Positions 26,453-32,000 of a stretch of 32,000 nt of DNA are shown here, piece by piece. Both the position numbers and the translations under genes were made by a program. The DNA is taken from NCBI RefSeq assembly GCF_001545095.1, contig NZ_CP013213.1:2250001-2282000 (forward strand), given 5' to 3'. Under the pieces are notes generated by a model that made no database searches, was not told the origin of the DNA, and saw only the letters and a program-made list of their open reading frames with translations. The DNA is from Erysipelothrix larvae. Lineage in GTDB: Bacteria > Bacillota_I > Bacilli_A > Erysipelotrichales > Erysipelotrichaceae. Each line of letters begins with the position of its first letter. The stretch's first letter is position 1.

Positions 26453-27801
26453 TTTACCCTCGTTTCTAATACATGTCGTACCAGGGACGTATCGTATTTG
26501 TTATCCAGAAATGCTTCATTCAGTAAGATTTCAAGTTGGAATTCTTGATTGGTCGTGATGCCTTCCACATCCATTTCTTCCATACAGCGAATGGCTTTTT
26601 CAATTGCATCATCGCGGTTAAAAGCGTGCACGATTACTTTCGCAATCATTGAGTCATAAAAGGGTGGAATGGCATATCCTTGATAAACATAGGAATCAAT
26701 GCGGACACCATTCCCTCCAGGAAAATGAATGCCTTGGATGCGTCCCGATTGGGGTTTGAAGCCATCATAGGGATCTTCTGCATTAACACGCACTTCGATT
26801 GCATGTCCCAGCGCTTTGATGTGTGATTGCATAAAGGATAGTTTTTTCCCTTCAGCTATGTGAATCTGCTCTTTGATAATATCGATGCCTGTGATTGCTT
26901 CTGTGATGGGATGTTCTACTTGAATTCGCGTGTTCATTTCAATGAAATAGAACCGTTCATCTGTGTCCATAATAAACTCTAAGGTACCGCAGGACTCATA
27001 CCGAATTGCCTTCGCGGCTTTTAAGGATACTGCGTATAACTTTTCTTTGGTTTGCGTGCTTAAGTTTTGTACAGGCGCTTCTTCAATCATTTTTTGATTA
27101 TTGCGCTGCACAGAACATTCTCGTTCAAACAGATGGATGGCATTACCATGAGAATCTCCTAATATTTGAACTTCGATATGGCGTGGATTCGCTACATATT
27201 TTTCAAGGTAAACCGAATCATCCCCAAAGGCATTTCGTGCTTCACGTCGGGCTTGATTGTATGCATCTTTAAGATCATTTTGTGTATGACACACACGCAT
27301 CCCTTTACCACCACCACCCGCGGTAGCTTTAATAAGCACAGGATATCCAATTTTGCTGGATTCGTAATAAGCATCTTCCAGCGTATCAACAAGTCCATCT
27401 GATCCAGGAACAATGGGCACCCCTGCTTTGCGCATCGTTTCGCGTGCACTTTGTTTGTCTCCCATTATTTCAATGAGTTCATGGCTGGGACCAATAAATT
27501 TGATATTAAGTTGTTTACACGCTTTCGCAAACTGTGCATTTTCACTCAAGAACCCATACCCTGGATGGATGGCTTGAACATGCGTATTCACTGCAGCTTG
27601 TAAGATTGCATTTTGATTGAGATAAGAGTTTGAAAGTTTGTGGTCACCAATACATACTGCTTCATCCGCAAGCATCACATGTAAGGAGTCTTTATCAACA
27701 GTAGCGTACACAGCTACGGATTTGATATTCAGTTCCCGCAATGCGCGTATAATGCGGACAGCGATTTCACCACGATTGGCAATGAGTACTTTTTGAATCA
27801 T
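26449..27801 (-). CDS. accC: Biotin carboxylase
   Basis: KVLIANRGEIA, ATP-grasp GGGGKGM, EMNTRIQVEHPITE. ATGA overlaps on both sides. Confidence 0.95.
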   Translation of the reverse strand: MIQKVLIANRGEIAVRIIRALRELNIKSVAVYATVDKDSLHVMLADEAVCIGDHKLSNSYLNQNAILQAAVNTHVQAIHPGYGFLSENAQFAKACKQLNIKFIGPSHELIEIMGDKQSARETMRKAGVPIVPGSDGLVDTLEDAYYESSKIGYPVLIKATAGGGGKGMRVCHTQNDLKDAYNQARREARNAFGDDSVYLEKYVANPRHIEVQILGDSHGNAIHLFERECSVQRNNQKMIEEAPVQNLSTQTKEKLYAVSLKAAKAIRYESCGTLEFIMDTDERFYFIEMNTRIQVEHPITEAITGIDIIKEQIHIAEGKKLSFMQSHIKALGHAIEVRVNAEDPYDGFKPQSGRIQGIHFPGGNGVRIDSYVYQGYAIPPFYDSMIAKVIVHAFNRDDAIEKAIRCMEEMDVEGITTNQEFQLEILLNEAFLDNKYDTSLVRHVLETRVK

Positions 27802-28247
27802 ACTTCTTGTATCGTAAAGAGCGGTTGATCAAAGTCAACACTATCTCCATCCTTAATGTGTACTTCAAGAAGTGTCCCACTTACATCCGACTTAATCTCA
27901 TTCATTACTTTCATGGCCTCAATAATGCACACCACATCACCTTTGTTGACCCGTTTGCCTACAGCTGTAAACTCACTGGATTCAGGCGTTGGCTTGGAAT
28001 AATACACACCCACTAATGGTGAACGTATTACATGACCCAATGGAACCATTTCTTTTACGTTAGCCTCAGCTGTATCCTCAGGATAGTGTTGTGGAAGGGT
28101 TTGTGTGAGTGGTGGTTTTTCCACATACACATTGTGTGCTTTGGGTTTTTTGATCTCTACTTCAAATGTTTCGTCTTTATATGTGAGGGATTCGAGCGAT
28201 GAATCCTCTAAAACTTCTACGAGTTTTTTTATTGCTTTTAAATCCAT
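27798..28247 (-). CDS. accB: Biotin carboxyl carrier protein
   Basis: C-terminal biotinyl domain with CIIEAMKVMNEI. Start set to MDLKAIKKL (ATG 28247), with GGAGG 5 nt upstream. Confidence 0.9.
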   Translation of the reverse strand: MDLKAIKKLVEVLEDSSLESLTYKDETFEVEIKKPKAHNVYVEKPPLTQTLPQHYPEDTAEANVKEMVPLGHVIRSPLVGVYYSKPTPESSEFTAVGKRVNKGDVVCIIEAMKVMNEIKSDVSGTLLEVHIKDGDSVDFDQPLFTIQEV

Positions 28248-28264
28248 ATCAACCTCCAAGTAAA

Positions 28265-28298
28265 ATAGTTTGATATTCAAAGTAAATCATATTATAAT
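28265..28298. promoter_or_regulatory. Second FabT-box-like palindrome overlapping the fabV promoter in the accB/fabV divergent region
   Basis: ATAGTTTGA-TAT-TCAAAGTAA (28265..28285) has its left arm identical to the acpP site and its right arm matching 7/9. fabV promoter: -35 TTGATA (28270..28275, inside the palindrome), 17 nt, -10 TATAAT (28293..28298). The site lies 18 nt upstream of the accB ATG. Confidence 0.55.
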
Positions 28299-28332
28299 AG
28301 TTATTGCAATACTTTTGTTAAGGAGATGAATC

Positions 28333-29493
28333 ATGAGTCACACACCGATTATTCGCGATAACATCGCATTAAACGCCCATCCAATGGGGTGTAAACAAAA
28401 CATTTTAAACCAAATTGAATCATTAAATGATATGCCACAAATCCTTGATCGGCCATTGAATGTATTGATATTAGGAGGTAGTTCTGGCTATGGTTTGGCA
28501 ACACGGATTGTGCTTGCGTTTAAAGCCCATGCGTATACGTTCAATGTGAGCTTTGAACGCGGACCTAAAGGTAAATCATCGGGTTCAGCTGGATACTACA
28601 ACAATCTTTTCTTTCATGAAATCGCTCAAGAAAAGGGATTGTTGTGTGATGACTTAAATGCTGATTGCTTTTCACATGAAACCAAAGATGCAGTCATCAA
28701 CCATTTTAAATCCTGCAATAAAACCATTGATCTAGTGGTGTATTCCGTCGCAAGCGGGATTCGGATTGATCCTGATACCCACGTAAAAACAGTATCTTCA
28801 TTAAAACCCATTCAACAAACTTACAGTGGGTACACCGTTGACATTGCCCGTGAAACTTTGAAATATGAATCCGTTGAACCGGCAACGCCTCAGGAAATTG
28901 AGGATACAGTAACGGTCATGGGAGGTGCAGATTATGCATTGTGGGCACAGGCCTTATCCAAAGCACAGGTACTCAGTGAAGGGTGCACCTTTGTAACCTA
29001 TACCTATCTTGGAGCACAAAGTACCCATGCGATCTATAAAAACGGAACCATTGGTGCTGCGAAAAAGGATTTAAATCGCGCCAATCAAGATGTCAACGAT
29101 ATCTTAGCACCACTTCACGGAAAGGCAGTTATTAGTGCATCTAAAGCGGTGGTTACTAAGGCTTCTGTGTTTATTCCAACGATGGCTCTTTATGCAAGTG
29201 CACTCTTTCAGGTCATGAAAGAAAGAGGCACACACGAAACCACAGTGGAACACACGTATCGGTTGTTTAAGGAGATGATTTATGGCGATTCACCTGAGAT
29301 TGATGATGATGGTTTTTATCGCTTGGATCAATTTGAAATGGATCCTCAGGTTCAATCAAAAGTTCACGATATTTTGAGCCGCATTACACCCGAGAATTTC
29401 AAAGACCTTGTGAACTTTGACGCCTTTAAAAAAGAATTTCTCAACATTAATGGATTTGACGTCGATGGGTGTGATTATACACAAGACCAGTAA
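28333..29493 (+). CDS. fabV: Enoyl-ACP reductase, FabV/TER family
   Basis: NAHPMGC, GGSSGYGLATRI, and SYxG...IYxxGTIGxAKxDL-type catalytic region (YTYLGAQSTHAIYKNGTIGAAKKDL). RBS AGGAG. Confidence 0.85.
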   Translation: MSHTPIIRDNIALNAHPMGCKQNILNQIESLNDMPQILDRPLNVLILGGSSGYGLATRIVLAFKAHAYTFNVSFERGPKGKSSGSAGYYNNLFFHEIAQEKGLLCDDLNADCFSHETKDAVINHFKSCNKTIDLVVYSVASGIRIDPDTHVKTVSSLKPIQQTYSGYTVDIARETLKYESVEPATPQEIEDTVTVMGGADYALWAQALSKAQVLSEGCTFVTYTYLGAQSTHAIYKNGTIGAAKKDLNRANQDVNDILAPLHGKAVISASKAVVTKASVFIPTMALYASALFQVMKERGTHETTVEHTYRLFKEMIYGDSPEIDDDGFYRLDQFEMDPQVQSKVHDILSRITPENFKDLVNFDAFKKEFLNINGFDVDGCDYTQDQ

Positions 29494-29527
29494 AAAAGGT
29501 TCATTTTTGAACCTTTGGTGTTTTTTT
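29494..29527. terminator. Bidirectional terminator after fabV
   Basis: AAAGGTTCA (29495..29503) / TGAACCTTT (29508..29516), with an A-run before and GGTGTTTTTTT after. It overlaps the last codons of the convergent gene. Confidence 0.7.
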
Positions 29528-30085
29528 GTCTTTAAGCATTGATGTAATGACTGCTTTTGCTTCTGTAATTTGAACATCAGTTATTTCACGATTGTCATCA
29601 CTTTCAATGACATACAATCCGTGGATGTTCTGATCTGGTTTTTCAAGTGAAAAATACACGGCAAGATGGTGTTTATCCCACTTAATTGTAACAAACTGAA
29701 CCGATACATTGTATAAAGCAGTTTTGTATGTGAACGTTTCAAGCACTCGTTTTGGATTCGGATCCTTTATGACGCCAAAATCCCCAGTAATGGGAATTTC
29801 CAGTATAAAGGAATCAGGCTTCAAAGGTTCGTGTGCATTTTTTATAACGATTGATTGTGTCCAAGGTTTGCCTTTTCCTGATTTTTTCTCCATATTTACA
29901 CAGCGTGTGCCTTGGTGTGAAAGGTACAGATTGTACTTTGCTTCTACTTGAGTTATATCACATTTATTCATTGTTCTTATGGATTGATTCGCGATAATCT
30001 TTTGAGAACCAACCCAGATTGTCATTGACAGTATGATAACAAGAAACCCACCAACCATCCAAAATCGTCGTGATTTGTGTCTCAT
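29501..30085 (-). CDS. Hypothetical N-terminally membrane-anchored (signal-anchor) protein
   Basis: MRHKSRRFWMVGGFLVIILSMTIWV anchor followed by about 165 aa of beta-rich-looking sequence with no motif I recognise. RBS GGTGGGGGA 7 nt upstream of ATG 30085. Upstream promoter TTTACA-17-TACAAT. Confidence 0.6.
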   Translation of the reverse strand: MRHKSRRFWMVGGFLVIILSMTIWVGSQKIIANQSIRTMNKCDITQVEAKYNLYLSHQGTRCVNMEKKSGKGKPWTQSIVIKNAHEPLKPDSFILEIPITGDFGVIKDPNPKRVLETFTYKTALYNVSVQFVTIKWDKHHLAVYFSLEKPDQNIHGLYVIESDDNREITDVQITEAKAVITSMLKDKKTPKVQK

Positions 30086-30221
30086 ATATATTTCCCCCAC
30101 CTTAAATATTCAACATCTTTGTTCAATTGTACCGAAATTATGACTCAATGTAAAATTGAAGGAACTAATAACGCATAAGAGTCAAACGGCGAGAGACGAT
30201 GATTACAGGTGAGATTTACAC

Positions 30222-31487
30222 TTATTGGTTCTTAATGATGCGCATGAACCGATTGCAATAATGGATGTCAATGGTGCATGCAGAAACGTCTTGATTCTTC
30301 ACGATTTTTTGGATGCCTTTGGACATGTAGAGGGTATCGAGTAGTTCTAATTCAACATAGGTATCAGAGGTACCTGAAACAAAGTTTGCACCACCAATAT
30401 CGATTGAGAATTGATCCGTTGTGAGAACCATACTAAATTCAGGCTTATACTGTTTAAAGAAACCGTCCGTAAAACCAACTGAAACACGATTGACAGATGC
30501 CACATCAACGTGTGTTCCACGTGGGTTGAGTGCAGAGAAGCGAACAATCGATCCATCTACGTTTACCACACTGACGCTGGTGAAAAAGATGTAGAGAAAT
30601 ATAAGGTTAAAACTAACCACGATTGTCCAATATTTACATATGACTTTAAAACATTCGTTGAAGATTTCAAAGTCCATGTCTTTTTTATGACTGTAGTATA
30701 CCCCGAAGATAATCACGAGCACTTGAATCACAGTGAATCCAATAAATGCATGGTTTAGATACAGGATGTTGTGTGTATATAAGATACTTTGTGGCGTTAA
30801 GATGAGTTTTTCTTGAATCAATGTTGCGATGATAAAAATAGCGAAAACCACAATCAGTGCCACCACAAATAGTACAATACTTACCAATGAATTTGATCGT
30901 TGAAGTTTTGGATTTCGATTCTTATAATAATTCACCCAGATTACAGTTAGCAAGATGGTGGTAAAGAGTGCAAATGGTACAAGCAATTGTTGGTTAGAAA
31001 AGGTCACATCCGTATACGTAACTAAGATTAACCCTAAAACAGGACCTGAGAGGATGAGTGTACTGATGATTGTTGAGAATAGACTTGGTGATTTGATGTA
31101 ATCTATCAATTCGAACAAATCTTCATCATGAAGGGTTTCAATAATGTGTTCTGATTGATCAAAGAGCGCTTCATAAGAAGACTCGTTAAGGACATCAAAA
31201 AGCAACCTTTTTTTCTCGTCTTCTTTTTGCATTTTCTCAAACTCATGTTTATATTGATTCATAACAGTGTGCCATAACTCTGGATTTTCCATGACACGCT
31301 TAATATCTTCAATGCTGATTGATACATATCGCATTAATCGGATCGCATTGAGTTTTTTTACATCTGACTGGGTGTACTCTCGATACCTATTATCTTTACG
31401 CTTGATACGGATCAGCCCGATTGATTCGTAATAACGAATCGTTTTGTCTGAAAGCTGTGTTCGTTTTGATACCTCTTGTATATTCAT
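30222..31487 (-). CDS. MerR-family HTH regulator fused to a five-TM membrane domain and about 110-aa C-terminal domain
   Basis: N-terminus MNIQEVSKRTQLSDKTIRYYESIGLI...YREY is a canonical MerR HTH, followed by a charged helix. Five hydrophobic segments follow (LFSTIISTLILSGPVLGLILV, LLVPFALFTTILLTVIWV, LVSIVLFVVALIVVFAIFIIATLI, AFIGFTVIQVLVIIFGVYY, YWTIVVSFNLIFLYIFFTSV), then a soluble tail. RBS AGAGGTG. Confidence 0.8.
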   Translation of the reverse strand: MNIQEVSKRTQLSDKTIRYYESIGLIRIKRKDNRYREYTQSDVKKLNAIRLMRYVSISIEDIKRVMENPELWHTVMNQYKHEFEKMQKEDEKKRLLFDVLNESSYEALFDQSEHIIETLHDEDLFELIDYIKSPSLFSTIISTLILSGPVLGLILVTYTDVTFSNQQLLVPFALFTTILLTVIWVNYYKNRNPKLQRSNSLVSIVLFVVALIVVFAIFIIATLIQEKLILTPQSILYTHNILYLNHAFIGFTVIQVLVIIFGVYYSHKKDMDFEIFNECFKVICKYWTIVVSFNLIFLYIFFTSVSVVNVDGSIVRFSALNPRGTHVDVASVNRVSVGFTDGFFKQYKPEFSMVLTTDQFSIDIGGANFVSGTSDTYVELELLDTLYMSKGIQKIVKNQDVSACTIDIHYCNRFMRIIKNQ

Positions 31488-31505
31488 GCGATCACCTCTT
31501 AATCC

Positions 31506-31536
31506 ATTATAAAGGTTATAGTCCCTAGAGGGTCAA
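31506..31536 (-). promoter_or_regulatory. MerR-type promoter with 19-bp spacer
   Basis: Minus strand: -35 TTGACC (31536..31531), 19-nt spacer containing the imperfect dyad GACCCTCTAGGGAC, -10 TATAAT (31511..31506). Confidence 0.55.
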
Positions 31537-31543
31537 GCAAAAT

Positions 31544-31587
31544 ATAAAAAAAACACGCATTAGATAATGAATTATCGTCAAACGTGT
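31544..31587 (-). terminator. Terminator of the cupin gene
   Basis: Minus strand: ACACG...GATAAT-tc-ATTATC...CGTGT followed by TTTTTTTTT. Confidence 0.5.
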
Positions 31588-31599
31588 CGGTACCACTAA

Positions 31600-32000
31600 T
31601 TAAAGTGCATCATAATCTTCTTGGGAAACAACTTCAAGCCATTCGTTGTATGCTTCAACACCTGGGATGGCATACGCTAAGTGTGAGAACCAACTGTCTT
31701 TTTTGGCACCATGCCAATGCTTCACACCACTTGCGATTGTGATAATCATGCCTTCATGTAAACTTATTGCTTCTTTACCCGCTTCTTGATACCATCCTTC
31801 TCCAAAGGTACAGATTAACATTTGTCCTCCGCCTGATTGAGCATGGTGGATATGCCAGTTATTTCGACATCCTGGCTCAAATGTAACATTGCTTACACCT
31901 GTTGGTTCACCTTTATGGTTATGGATGGGATTCAAGAATGAATCTTTCGTAAAGTATGCTTTATAGGCTTCATTGTATGCACCCACTCCAAAGGTATCCA
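31600..32000 (-). CDS. Cupin-domain protein; 5' end beyond window
   Basis: Cupin motifs (NVTFEPGCRNNWHIHH, GGGQMLICT.GEGWYQ, HWHGA). The reading frame stays open to the window edge (..FGVGAYNEAYKAYF), so the track start (a GTG at 31986) is probably internal. Confidence 0.75.
   Translation of the reverse strand, partial: DTFGVGAYNEAYKAYFTKDSFLNPIHNHKGEPTGVSNVTFEPGCRNNWHIHHAQSGGGQMLICTFGEGWYQEAGKEAISLHEGMIITIASGVKHWHGAKKDSWFSHLAYAIPGVEAYNEWLEVVSQEDYDAL

Noticed and set aside
20567-28016. Numerous 60-100-aa plus-strand ORFs antisense to fabF, fabG, fabD, acpP, accA, accD, accC and accB (e.g. 21291..21581, 21470..21769, 25728..25985, 27006..27272)
   Set aside because: All are antisense to strongly conserved genes, lack an RBS, and have a composition typical of reverse-frame translation.
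1-32000. Search for mobile elements, CRISPR arrays, toxin-antitoxin pairs, restriction-modification or other defence systems
   Set aside because: I found no transposase, integrase or recombinase motifs, no terminal inverted repeats and no regularly spaced repeats. There are no nuclease, helicase or methylase signatures either. Every large ORF is accounted for by metabolic, transport or regulatory functions.

Overview
AT-rich chromosomal segment with Bacillota (Firmicute)-type signals: GGAGG ribosome-binding sites, TTGACA/TATAAT promoters, hairpin plus U-tract terminators and many 4-nt ATGA gene overlaps. It is almost entirely core metabolism and its regulators. Left to right: a truncated siderophore-binding lipoprotein (-), an amidohydrolase (-), and proB-proA (+). 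Next is a quinone/hydroquinone detoxification (mhq-like) operon of two VOC ring-cleaving dioxygenases, a MarR regulator and a carboxylesterase (+). Then an APC amino-acid permease (+), a TetR regulator (-) divergent from a small ORF plus hdeD-like gene (+), and a nucleoside phosphorylase (-). A trehalose PTS operon follows, controlled by a BglG/LicT antiterminator with a clear RAT/terminator switch (+), then two convergent/divergent GNAT genes. An AgrC/AgrA-type (HPK10 kinase plus LytTR regulator) two-component system (-) comes next. Upstream of it is a complete FAS-II/phospholipid cluster, accB-accC-accD-accA-fabH | acpP-fabD-fabG-fabF-fabZ-acpS-plsC (-), with a divergent fabV (+). The right end holds a membrane-anchored hypothetical (-), a polytopic-membrane MerR-family regulator (-) and a truncated cupin gene (-). 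I see no rRNA, tRNA, CRISPR array, transposase, integrase, phage or recognisable defence genes, so the window looks ordinary rather than accessory. The points worth a second look are regulatory. (1) An orphan ~360-bp region downstream of the LytTR system carries 21-bp-phased direct repeats, a -35-less promoter, three hairpins and a terminator, so it is a candidate LytTR-dependent small RNA. (2) FabT-like palindromes sit on the acpP and accB/fabV promoters, with no fabT or fapR gene in the cluster. (3) A MerR regulator is fused to five transmembrane helices and a C-terminal domain, behind a 19-bp-spacer promoter. (4) A 24-bp dyad lies just downstream of the permease promoter. All functional calls rest on my reading of motifs in the translations. 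No database search was run.
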